DNA of 64,000 nucleotides from Rikenellaceae bacterium (GTDB lineage: Bacteria > Bacteroidota > Bacteroidia > Bacteroidales > UBA932). Position 1 is the stretch's first letter. Each line of letters begins with the position of its first letter. Position numbers and translations under genes: made by a program. The stretch is taken from NCBI GenBank assembly GCA_900769145.1, contig CAAGFN010000160.1, positions 741 to 64,740 of the forward strand, read 5' to 3'. Of this stretch, positions 50,676 through 59,013 are shown piece after piece. A model generated the notes under the pieces. It saw only the letters and a list, made by a program, of their open reading frames with translations. It did no database searches and was not told the DNA's origin.

Positions 50676-51320
50676 TTATTCAGACTCTCCGACAACCCAT
50701 ACAAGGACGTGCCTGTCGAACGTAATGTATTCAAGGTCAAACTCTTCCTCGTATCCATCCTTGGACACGAATGTAGCCTCGAGCTCGCCCTCCCCTCTCG
50801 GGTGGAAACGCTCCACCTCAATTTGCTCGGCGAAGTCAACATTGTAGAGGGACACCCTTTTGAATACGGCTTCCTTGGCACACCAGTAGATGGCCAGCTG
50901 CTCATTTCTCTTGTCATCGTCGAGGTCCTCGATTTCCTCCTCTGACAATGCCTTGAGCTCCACAGCGGAGAAATCCCTGTCGAGGGACTCGATGTCAATG
51001 CCGACATCCTCATAGTCGTGAAGAATGATGGCGACGTATTTGTCGGTGTGGGTGATGCTTATATTTGTCACCATATTCTCGAGGAAAGGCTTGCCATTGT
51101 CGTGATGGCTGAGATATACCTTCTCGTCGAACATTTCGTCAAGCAGGGCGCGGACTGCAAGTCTCTGCTTGCGCATGGACTCGCTCTTGATCCAGGAAAT
51201 CTCCTCCATCTCATCATTCGGAACCGAACACAGGGACTTGAGCTCCTCTTCGGTCTCCTCTATTTTCCAGACAGCAATTTCAGCTTCGTTTTCAAGTGTT
51301 TTCTTAAGATATAGTGCCAT
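50676..51320 (-). CDS. 4'-phosphopantetheinyl transferase (Sfp/EntD type)
   Basis: PPTase motifs VGIDIESL and WCAKEAVFKRV are present. The track ORF extends to 51344; MALYLKK at 51320 is the more typical start. Confidence 0.7.
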   Translation of the reverse strand: MALYLKKTLENEAEIAVWKIEETEEELKSLCSVPNDEMEEISWIKSESMRKQRLAVRALLDEMFDEKVYLSHHDNGKPFLENMVTNISITHTDKYVAIILHDYEDVGIDIESLDRDFSAVELKALSEEEIEDLDDDKRNEQLAIYWCAKEAVFKRVSLYNVDFAEQIEVERFHPRGEGELEATFVSKDGYEEEFDLEYITFDRHVLVWVVGESE

Positions 51321-51333
51321 AATATTCAATGCC

Positions 51334-51543
51334 TTATGATTCAATGTGACCGCCAGTTCCCAAATACATCAAACCAGTGAGCGGGGAGTACTCGCATACA
51401 ACGTAACCACCATCCTGAGGGTCATCAGGATGGCAGGTCACTATAAGATATGTGTCGCTGCAATTGAATTCCGACAATGGATCGTCCGCAGGTTTGCCTG
51501 CTGACATTGTCTTATCACTATTTACAGAACTGGGAGGTTCCAT
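51334..51543 (-). CDS. Hypothetical small protein (69 aa)
   Basis: ORF preceded by a perfect -7 box. No homology recognised. It could alternatively be an untranslated leader of the PPTase gene. Confidence 0.3.
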   Translation of the reverse strand: MEPPSSVNSDKTMSAGKPADDPLSEFNCSDTYLIVTCHPDDPQDGGYVVCEYSPLTGLMYLGTGGHIES

Positions 51544-51570
51544 TTTTTAAAGGCGTAATTGTTACGGCTG

Positions 51571-51578
51571 CAAATATA
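51571..51578 (-). promoter_or_regulatory. -7 box (TATATTTG on the minus strand) upstream of the small ORF / PPTase gene
   Basis: Plus-strand caaatata at 51571..51578. Reads gcacTATATTTGcagcc on the minus strand, about 30 nt upstream of the ATG at 51543. Confidence 0.45.
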
Positions 51579-51613
51579 GTGCTTTTTTTTCAATGCAGAA
51601 AATAATTCGGTCC

Positions 51614-52408
51614 CTATTCCCCTTCAGCCTCCTCGACAGCCTTGAAATAGCGGTATGAATTGACCTTGAGCTCGCCGACGGAGAGTTCATCACATACAAT
51701 GGTTCCGTCAGGATGGGCCTGAAGGCCGGAAACTGTGCAGTAATGTGAATATGGGCCTTCCACGGCATCCTTGATGGCGCGCGCCTTCTTGCTTCCAAAA
51801 GCCAGGATTACCACCTCCTTGGCACCGAGCACGGTGGCTACGCCGACGCTGAGGGCCTGCTTCGGAACCTGGTTCACATCATTGTCGAAGAAGCGGGAGT
51901 TGACCACGCGGGTGTCGTAGGTAAGGGTAACGACCCTTGTCCTGGACTGGAGTGAGGAGAACGGCTCGTTGAATGCGATGTGTCCGTCCTCGCCGATGCC
52001 TCCGAGGAAGAGGTCGAATCCGCCGGCCTCCTCGATGGCCTTCTCATAGTTCTCGCACTCTGCCTTGAGGTCAGGTGCATTGCCATTGAGAATATGGATA
52101 TTTTCAGCAGGCTCGTCAATGTGATCGAAGAGATATTTGTGCATGAATGAGTGGTAGCTCTCCGGATGCGACTCCGGAAGGCCCACGTACTCGTCCATGT
52201 TGAAAGAAATAACATTCTTGAAGGATACCTCGCCGGCCTTCACCATGCGTATCAGTTCGGCGTATGTCTCTATCGGAGTGGAGCCGGTGCAGAGTCCGAG
52301 TACGAAAGGCTTGTCGCTGACGGCCGCCTTCTCATTGATTTTCCTTGCTATGTGATGTGCGGCCCAGAGCGAGCCGGCCTTGCTGTCATCTCTGATTATA
52401 AGTCTCAT
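51614..52408 (-). CDS. nagB: Glucosamine-6-phosphate deaminase
   Basis: 264 aa. NagB motifs are present (LGLCTGSTP; FNMDEYVGL; [13 protein letters not shown]). Confidence 0.9.
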   Translation of the reverse strand: MRLIIRDDSKAGSLWAAHHIARKINEKAAVSDKPFVLGLCTGSTPIETYAELIRMVKAGEVSFKNVISFNMDEYVGLPESHPESYHSFMHKYLFDHIDEPAENIHILNGNAPDLKAECENYEKAIEEAGGFDLFLGGIGEDGHIAFNEPFSSLQSRTRVVTLTYDTRVVNSRFFDNDVNQVPKQALSVGVATVLGAKEVVILAFGSKKARAIKDAVEGPYSHYCTVSGLQAHPDGTIVCDELSVGELKVNSYRYFKAVEEAEGE

Positions 52409-52423
52409 TGTATTTATCGTTTA

Positions 52424-52563
52424 TGAGGCTGACTCAAAAGCCCATCAATTGTCATCTCGACCGAGCGAAGCGAGTGGAGAGATCTTCCATAAAATTCTGA
52501 TTATCAGATATCTCGACTACGCACTGCGTGCTTCGCTCGATATGACAGGCTATTGGGTCAGTC
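52424..52563 (+). repeat. Intergenic MITE/REP-like element, copy 3
   Basis: gaggctgactcaaaagcc ... tgtcatctcgaccgagcgaagcgagtggagagatct ... agatatctcgactacgcactgcgtgcttcgctcgatatgacaggctattgggtcagtcc. It sits between the stop of the NagB-like/PIG-L gene and the start of nagB. Confidence 0.75.
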
Positions 52564-52572
52564 CCGGGTTTT

Positions 52573-54495
52573 CTAGTAAAGTTTGAGGAATACTTCCATT
52601 GCCTGGTACTCCGCCATTCCGAGCTCGTCATAGATGCGGGCGGTGTTCTGCGTACGGTCCTCCGCTCTCTGCCAGAACTCGCGAGGGTCGTCTCCAGGGA
52701 ACGGCACGATGTCCTTCTGAGAGAGATGGCGGAAGATGGCGTGACGTTTCTCCACTACCTCGTCCGGGCTGAGAGGCACGGCCATATCCACGCGGCCTAT
52801 TTCCCACTCCATCCAGGCTCCCCTGTAGAGCCATACATGGGTGTTCTCAAGCCAGGTCTCCCCTTCTTCCTTGAGCTGCTCAATGGCCTCCAGGGCAGCC
52901 TCGGTGCAGACGCGGTGGGTTCCGTGAGGGTCCGCAAGGTCTCCGGCCATGAACACCTGGTCAGGACGCAGCCTCTTCAGGAGATCCTTGATGATGTCAA
53001 GGTCGGCCTGGGTACGAGGCATCTTCTTCACGCCGCCGGACTCGTAGAACGGAAGGTCGAGGAAATGCACATTGGTATTGTCATTGAGGCCGAAAGAACG
53101 GTCAGCACCACGGGCCTCGCTGCGGCGTATCGCACCCTTGAGAGCGAGAAGTTCCTTCGGCTCAGGCTCCCCGGGCACCTTGGAGTCGATTATCGCCTTG
53201 ACCCTGTCGAACTCATCCCCGAAGCCGAGCTGGTGGGCGGCATCCATGTGCTGGAGGACCACGTCATCGTGAACGGCGAGGTCTCCGGATGTCTCGTAAG
53301 CCACGTGGACATCGTGTCCCTGATGGACGAGACGGATGAATGTACCTCCCATTGAAATCACATCGTCGTCCGGATGCGGTGAGAAGATGAGGACTTTCTT
53401 AGGATAAGGCTCGGCTGAAACAGGTCTCTGGCTGTCATCGGCATTGGGTTTTCCGCCCGGCCATCCGGTGATGGTATGCTGGAGATCATTGAAAACGTCA
53501 ATATTAATCTTGTCGAACGGTCCCCTCTGGTCGAGAAGCTCGCCGAGAGAATGCTCAAGATAATCTTTCTGCGTGAGTTTGAGAATTGGCTTGTGAACCT
53601 CCTGGCAGAGCCAAACCACAGCTTTTCTCATAAACTTCCTGGTCCAGTCGCAAGGTCCTACCATCCAAGGAGATACGACTCTGGTAAGGAGAGATGCGCC
53701 GGTCTCGTCGGTGTAGCATGTGATATCCGGATGTGACTGGAGCAATGACGCCGGATATTCAGAGTCAGGCTTCATTTCCGTGACTCTCTTCACGGCTTCA
53801 GCCTTGTCCTCGCCCCAAGCCATGAGGATAATCTTCCCGGCTGTCATTATGGTGTCGAGGCCGACTGTCAATGCTGCCGCAGGGGTATGCTTGAAGTCGC
53901 CGTTGAAGAACCTGCCCTGGCGTTTCCTGGACTGGTATGAAAGAAGCACCGTCCTGGTGCGGCTCTTGAGCGAGGTGCCGGCTTCATTGAAACCAATCTG
54001 TCCCTGTTCGCCCATTCCCACGACGAGGAGGTCAAGTCCCCTGAAGGTCTTGTCATATTCTGCGCAATATTCGCTGATTCGCTCCTGCGGGACGCTGCCG
54101 TCCGGAATGTGGATGTTCTCCTCCGGGATGTCAATGCCGTCGAGCAGGGCTGAGCGGAGCCTCATATTGCGGCTCTGCGGCTCATCTTTTCCGTAAGGAT
54201 AGTACTCGTCAATGGAGAATACCTCGACATTTTTGAATGATACCCGTCCTTCGTCGAAGGCCCTCTTGAGCCTCGTGTAGAGTGATGCCGGGGTGGAACC
54301 CGTGGTGAGACCGAGCCTGAATTTCCTGTCCTTGCAGGAATTGATGGCATTTACAATGATGTCGGCGATTTTGTCGCTCGCGGTTGAAGACTGGTCGTAG
54401 ATTTCCGTGCGTATCCTCTCGAAACCGTGAAGAATGTCCGCAGGAATACCTTTCTCAATGAGACCGCCTTCCTTTGGCAACGTAAAGTGTTTCAT
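52573..54495 (-). CDS. Bifunctional-looking protein: N-terminal NagB/6-phosphogluconolactonase-fold domain fused to a LmbE/PIG-L family deacetylase domain
   Basis: 640 aa. The N-terminal half has LGLTTGSTP and GMGEQGQIGFNE. The C-terminal half carries the PIG-L signature LIFSPHPDDDVISMGGT. Confidence 0.8.
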   Translation of the reverse strand: MKHFTLPKEGGLIEKGIPADILHGFERIRTEIYDQSSTASDKIADIIVNAINSCKDRKFRLGLTTGSTPASLYTRLKRAFDEGRVSFKNVEVFSIDEYYPYGKDEPQSRNMRLRSALLDGIDIPEENIHIPDGSVPQERISEYCAEYDKTFRGLDLLVVGMGEQGQIGFNEAGTSLKSRTRTVLLSYQSRKRQGRFFNGDFKHTPAAALTVGLDTIMTAGKIILMAWGEDKAEAVKRVTEMKPDSEYPASLLQSHPDITCYTDETGASLLTRVVSPWMVGPCDWTRKFMRKAVVWLCQEVHKPILKLTQKDYLEHSLGELLDQRGPFDKINIDVFNDLQHTITGWPGGKPNADDSQRPVSAEPYPKKVLIFSPHPDDDVISMGGTFIRLVHQGHDVHVAYETSGDLAVHDDVVLQHMDAAHQLGFGDEFDRVKAIIDSKVPGEPEPKELLALKGAIRRSEARGADRSFGLNDNTNVHFLDLPFYESGGVKKMPRTQADLDIIKDLLKRLRPDQVFMAGDLADPHGTHRVCTEAALEAIEQLKEEGETWLENTHVWLYRGAWMEWEIGRVDMAVPLSPDEVVEKRHAIFRHLSQKDIVPFPGDDPREFWQRAEDRTQNTARIYDELGMAEYQAMEVFLKLY

Positions 54496-54587
54496 AAACT
54501 ATGCAATTATTTACTCCTGTTATTTCGGGTGTACAAATATATTGAAAATATTTTGAATGATTATTCAGATTGTTCAAGTATCGGGAT

Positions 54588-54618
54588 AAAAAACGGGCGG
54601 AGCATTTGCCCCGCCCGG
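54588..54618 (-). terminator. Rho-independent terminator for the surface-lipoprotein gene
   Basis: The minus strand reads ccgggcgg-ggcaaatgct-ccgcccg followed by tttttt, 20 nt after the stop at 54639. Confidence 0.65.
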
Positions 54619-54638
54619 AATGGTATGTGTTACATCCG

Positions 54639-56843
54639 CTACTCGGTATAGTTGATTGTTATCGTCTGGAGACCAATCTGAGCGGAAGTAGAACTCAATG
54701 TCATCTTGAAGGCATTGGTTCCCTCCGGCATCGTCACATTGTCAAGGGAGAATGCAGATGACTCTGCTTCAGCCGTCGATGCAAAGGTGCTTCCGCCATC
54801 GGTGCTTGAGAAAATAGAGGCCTTCTGCGCCTTTGTATTCCACTGCTTGAGCAAAACAGATACGGATACAATCTTTGCATTACCCACCATCTTCACTACA
54901 AGAGGAGGGTCTCCCGCACCCTTTGTTACTGGGCAATTATCAATAGCTTGACCTGCCGCCTGTTTATCCCACTTATTAAACTGAATGGTACAAACTTCAG
55001 TTTCTACAGTATGGTCTTCGTATGCAGATCCCCAAGTATCAGCTCCCGGGAACAGCCAATCAACGAAAGTGATTGTCGCAGTTTTCACTCCCTCTGACAA
55101 CGGAGCAGCCTGTGTCAACTTCAGTTCAAGGGTATATCCCGGAATTTCAAGAGATGTCACCTTTATAGTATAATGGCGCGCTTCTCCAGTATTAGGACCA
55201 TCGTCAATTCTAATATGCAAATCTTGGGTGCCAACTGCGCTACCTGTATACTTAATACTCGGTTCCGCATAATCTGCTTCAATACTAACCTCCCATGATA
55301 CATTTGACAGAATCTTGAAATTTGCCTCAGTCTGCGTAGCCGGGATGGTAATTTCAGTCTTCTCAGCCATGAGATATGGTTCGGCCTCGACGCTGACAGG
55401 GATAACCTGGAAGTATTTGCTGCCTGAGTTATAACCGTAAATGTAACCTGTAACGGTCATCTCAGCACCGGCAAGTTCAGTATAGCTCTCGTAGATATTG
55501 CTGAGCTGGATATCATTGTTGGCCCCGTCCCTCTTGAGGAAGTATCCGTTACTCTGCATTACACCGGAGAGCTTGGCATATTTAATCTCAATCTTCTCGG
55601 TATTGACGGTGTAGGCATTGAATGCGTCAAGAGTGGTGAGGTCAACTGGTGAAGGATAAGTAGGAGCAGCTGTTGCGCCGTCATTCTCATCTACAGAAGG
55701 TGACTTGATCTGGACTGTACCGTAGTAATTGTCAGTTGTTCCGGAAAGGACGAGATTGTTGCCGACAGCTACGGTAGGCTCTGAGTTGGTATATACGTAG
55801 ATGGCTGCGCTTGCATCAGCAAGGATGAAGCCCTTCTTGTGAATTGCCATTACTGTACCCTGTGTCTTGACAAGAGATCCCTTGTCTGCGGCAATTACCT
55901 CAGCGATGGTAGATGCAGGAGTTTCAGGCTCGCCACCGTCTTCAACCTTGACAGCCATCACATTGCGGTAGTTGGCATTGTTTCCGCCGGCGAAGTAACC
56001 GTAAACAGTGATAATGTGTCCGTTCAGGTCGGTGAGGCCGAGAGATGCGAGAGGATAGCTAATGGAACCCTGTACAGTTGTACCATCTATTGTGATATTG
56101 TAGTAATTGCCTGATACTGTGAGGACTCCGGTCATCTTGACAGGCTGGCACTTAGTCAGGTCGAGGTCGGCGATATTGTCCTTGGTGACATCAAGCCAAG
56201 TCGGCTCAGCCACATTGACTCCGGTCTCGAGAGTGGTCACGTTAGCAGGGGTAAGCTGAGGAAGGTCACCATAGACGGAAGTGGTACCGCTTACCTTTAC
56301 CTTTGAGTTGAGTTCAACACCCGGCTCAGTGTAGTCCTTTCCGTAAACGAGCAGATAGCCGGTCTCGTCCATAATGACGAAGCCCTTGTTGTATGTGCCT
56401 ACAACGACGCCCTCTGTCTCGGCCTCGACGCCTGAAGAGAGAGCAAGCACCTCGGCAATGCTCTTGAGGTTGCCCTGGGCACCTTCCTGGGAGATGGAAA
56501 CAATAGCTGTGAGGGTAGCGGAAGCTGTGAACTTGATGGTGGCAGTCCTGTTCTTGCCATCATTCTTGGCAGCGGTCACTGTGATAGTGACAGGGTTGTT
56601 GGAACCTTTGCCGGAGAGAGGAGATACCTCAATGCCCTCTACATCGGTTCCGATAAGCTCTGCTGACCAGTCTCTGGTAGCCTTGAGCTCGAATGTTTTT
56701 GTTTCACCGGCGGCGGAAAGTTTGATTTCCGACACTTCGGCCTTGAGCGAGGCAGGTCCGAGGACTTCTTCCTCTTTGCCGTCGCAAGAAGTCATTGCCG
56801 CAGCAATCACGGCTGACATCGCAAGATAAAAGAATTTCTTCAT
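54639..56843 (-). CDS. Large cell-surface lipoprotein with a BACON-like N-terminal domain and internally repeated beta-rich modules
   Basis: 734 aa with lipobox AAMTSC. Repeated segments include GVVVGTYNKGFVIMDETGYLLVYGKDY and GTVMAIHKKGFILADASAAIYVYTNSE. No catalytic motif recognised. Confidence 0.65.
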   Translation of the reverse strand: MKKFFYLAMSAVIAAAMTSCDGKEEEVLGPASLKAEVSEIKLSAAGETKTFELKATRDWSAELIGTDVEGIEVSPLSGKGSNNPVTITVTAAKNDGKNRTATIKFTASATLTAIVSISQEGAQGNLKSIAEVLALSSGVEAETEGVVVGTYNKGFVIMDETGYLLVYGKDYTEPGVELNSKVKVSGTTSVYGDLPQLTPANVTTLETGVNVAEPTWLDVTKDNIADLDLTKCQPVKMTGVLTVSGNYYNITIDGTTVQGSISYPLASLGLTDLNGHIITVYGYFAGGNNANYRNVMAVKVEDGGEPETPASTIAEVIAADKGSLVKTQGTVMAIHKKGFILADASAAIYVYTNSEPTVAVGNNLVLSGTTDNYYGTVQIKSPSVDENDGATAAPTYPSPVDLTTLDAFNAYTVNTEKIEIKYAKLSGVMQSNGYFLKRDGANNDIQLSNIYESYTELAGAEMTVTGYIYGYNSGSKYFQVIPVSVEAEPYLMAEKTEITIPATQTEANFKILSNVSWEVSIEADYAEPSIKYTGSAVGTQDLHIRIDDGPNTGEARHYTIKVTSLEIPGYTLELKLTQAAPLSEGVKTATITFVDWLFPGADTWGSAYEDHTVETEVCTIQFNKWDKQAAGQAIDNCPVTKGAGDPPLVVKMVGNAKIVSVSVLLKQWNTKAQKASIFSSTDGGSTFASTAEAESSAFSLDNVTMPEGTNAFKMTLSSTSAQIGLQTITINYTE

Positions 56844-56902
56844 TTCAGATGTATAAAATTAATGATTATTTATCACAACCCGCTCAAAAAAATGCGTAAC
56901 CG

Positions 56903-56910
56903 CAAATATA
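56903..56910 (-). promoter_or_regulatory. Candidate -7 box (minus strand) for the surface-lipoprotein gene
   Basis: Plus-strand caaatata, about 60 nt upstream of the ATG at 56843. Confidence 0.3.
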
Positions 56911-56970
56911 ACAAAGATATATTTCATTTCCAATCCCGGAATGAACAGTATGGAAGCGGAGAAAAATGAC

Positions 56971-56978
56971 TAACTTTG
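56971..56978 (+). promoter_or_regulatory. Candidate -7 box TAACTTTG for the methyltransferase-ubiE operon
   Basis: taactttgcgg, about 17 nt upstream of the ATG at 56995. Confidence 0.35.
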
Positions 56979-56994
56979 CGGAAACGATTAATTT

Positions 56995-57981
56995 ATGAGC
57001 ATTGAATATCCTGGAAAATATTGGAAAGACTATGAGCTGGTGGATTCCGGCGACGGGGAGAAGCTTGAGAGATTCGGCAACTACTATATGATAAGGCCGG
57101 AGCCCAAGGCATTGTGGTCCAAGACATTGCCTGCAGGAGAATGGGAGAGGGCGGCACATACCCGCTTCCGTCCGGGAGCAGGGTTCGGCAAGGCTGGCAA
57201 GGAGGACAGCGGCACCTGGGAGAGACTGAAACGGACTGATGACCAATGGTATATACGGTACAGCGGGGCGCAGAAGGGGCTTGATTTCACATTGAGGCTC
57301 GGCCTGACCTCATTCAAGCACGTGGGCGTATTCCCGGAGCAGGCAGCCAACTGGGAGTACATTTTCCGGGAAACTTCTGCATTGGTTTCCAAGGCCGGGA
57401 CTGACGCCGAGGGCAGGATCATCCGCCCTAAGGTGCTGAACCTGTTCGCCTACACCGGTGCGGCATCGCTTGCGGCGAAGGCTGCCGGAGCTGACGTGAC
57501 GCATCTCGACTCTGTCAGGCAGGTGGTGACCTGGGCCAGGGGCAATATGGAGAGCAGCCGTCTCGACGGCATACGCTGGGTCGTGGAGGACGCATTGAAG
57601 TTCGCCAGACGTGAGGCCCGCAGGGGCAATGTGTATCAAGGCATTATCCTTGACCCGCCGGCTTACGGCCACGGTCCGGACGGGGAGAAATGGAAGCTGG
57701 ACGAATGCCTCTACGACATGATGAAATGTGTCAGCGCAATCCTGGCCCCGAAGGACAGTTTTATGGTCCTGAACCTGTATTCCAATGGCTTCTCGCCGCT
57801 TCTCGGGGAGACGGTGGTCAGAGAGGCGTTCGGGCTGGGAGGTTCAGTCAAGAACGATGAGGGATTGCCGCAGGACAATGCAGGAAAGCCATCCGCAATC
57901 CTCGAATCCGGCGAGCTCGCCCTCAGTGACCGTACAGGTAAAGCATTGCCTCTCAGCATTTTCGTAAGACTCAAAAGATAG
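56995..57981 (+). CDS. Class I SAM-dependent methyltransferase (RlmI/YccW-like catalytic domain)
   Basis: 328 aa. SAM-binding region is LNLFAYTGAASLAAKAAGA, followed by ILDPPAYGHGP (DPP motif). Confidence 0.7.
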   Translation: MSIEYPGKYWKDYELVDSGDGEKLERFGNYYMIRPEPKALWSKTLPAGEWERAAHTRFRPGAGFGKAGKEDSGTWERLKRTDDQWYIRYSGAQKGLDFTLRLGLTSFKHVGVFPEQAANWEYIFRETSALVSKAGTDAEGRIIRPKVLNLFAYTGAASLAAKAAGADVTHLDSVRQVVTWARGNMESSRLDGIRWVVEDALKFARREARRGNVYQGIILDPPAYGHGPDGEKWKLDECLYDMMKCVSAILAPKDSFMVLNLYSNGFSPLLGETVVREAFGLGGSVKNDEGLPQDNAGKPSAILESGELALSDRTGKALPLSIFVRLKR

Positions 57982-57986
57982 AAGCC

Positions 57987-58814
57987 ATGCCTCGCAAGGA
58001 GAAAATTCACGATATGTTCAACAGCATTGCCGGGGACTACGACAAGCTGAATCACTTAATGTCCCTTGATATTGACAAGAGCTGGAGGAAGAGGGCGCTC
58101 AAGAGGATTCTGAAATCCACCAGGGAGGAACGCCGGGCCGGAAGGGAGATTGACGACAACAGGCGGCTCAAGAGCATTGAAGTGCTGGATGTGGCCTGCG
58201 GCACAGGAGACTTCAGCATTGCGATAGCGGAGGCAATGAGAAAGGCAGCCAAGGCCGACAAGCCTTGCGGCGGTTCGGAACGGGCCGGCAGGGAACCGGA
58301 CAAGACTGTCTCAAAAGAAGCGGGGCACGTCACCGGAGTTGACCTCTCCGAGGGAATGCTGGAGGTGATGGAAAAGAAGGTTGCCAAGGCCGGATTGGAA
58401 AACATAATCTCTTGTGAAACAGGAGATTGTGAAAATTTAAGATTCGCCGATGGCAGTTTCGACCGTGTCACCGTGGCGTTCGGGGTAAGGAACTTCGAAA
58501 ACAGGGAGAAGGGTCTCAGGGAAATGCTCCGTGTCCTCAAGCCGGGCGGAAAACTGGTGATTCTGGAACTCTCCGTCCCTTCCAATGCCTTTATGCGCTG
58601 GCTGTTCAATCTCTATTTCGTCCATATTCTCCCGTTCATCGGCGGAAAAATCTCAGGCGACAAGGCGGCCTACAAATATCTCCCTGCATCGGTCCTGAAT
58701 TTCCCGGGCAAGAAAGAATTCTGCGGCATACTGCGTGACTGCGGATATGCCGCTGTCACCCACAAGGCCTTCACTCTCGGCATCTGCAGGATGTATTGCG
58801 GCATCAAGCCTTGA
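57987..58814 (+). CDS. ubiE: Demethylmenaquinone / ubiquinone methyltransferase UbiE/MenG family
   Basis: 275 aa with N-terminal HDMFNSIAGDYDKLNHLMSLDIDKSWR, and the stretches VLDVACGTGD and LKPGGKLVILE. Two charged low-complexity insertions relative to typical ~245-aa UbiE. Confidence 0.8.
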   Translation: MPRKEKIHDMFNSIAGDYDKLNHLMSLDIDKSWRKRALKRILKSTREERRAGREIDDNRRLKSIEVLDVACGTGDFSIAIAEAMRKAAKADKPCGGSERAGREPDKTVSKEAGHVTGVDLSEGMLEVMEKKVAKAGLENIISCETGDCENLRFADGSFDRVTVAFGVRNFENREKGLREMLRVLKPGGKLVILELSVPSNAFMRWLFNLYFVHILPFIGGKISGDKAAYKYLPASVLNFPGKKEFCGILRDCGYAAVTHKAFTLGICRMYCGIKP

Positions 58815-58822
58815 CCCTCCGG

Positions 58823-58868
58823 AAAATCAGCCAAAATCATCAAAATCGCACTATTTTGGCTGACTTTT
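58823..58868. repeat. Palindromic unit 1 upstream of the AAA-ATPase gene
   Basis: aaaatcagccaaaat, then a 15-nt spacer, then attttggctgactttt. 15/16 nt pair, with a 1-nt bulge. Confidence 0.5.
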
Positions 58869-58927
58869 ATAAAATAAAAATCATAATACATTGATATTTA
58901 GAGGAATCTAGTCCAACCTTACAGTAT

Positions 58928-58974
58928 CAAAAGTCAGCCAAAAACGCAAAAATATCTGCATTTTGGCTGATTTT
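58928..58974. repeat. Palindromic unit 2 upstream of the AAA-ATPase gene
   Basis: caaaagtcagccaaaaa, then a 15-nt spacer, then attttggctgatttt. It uses the same 15-16-nt word as unit 1 with a different spacer, and lies 40 nt upstream of the ATG at 59014. Confidence 0.5.
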
Positions 58975-59013
58975 CTGTAAATAATCACTATATTCGCAGA
59001 AAAGAGAAATAAG

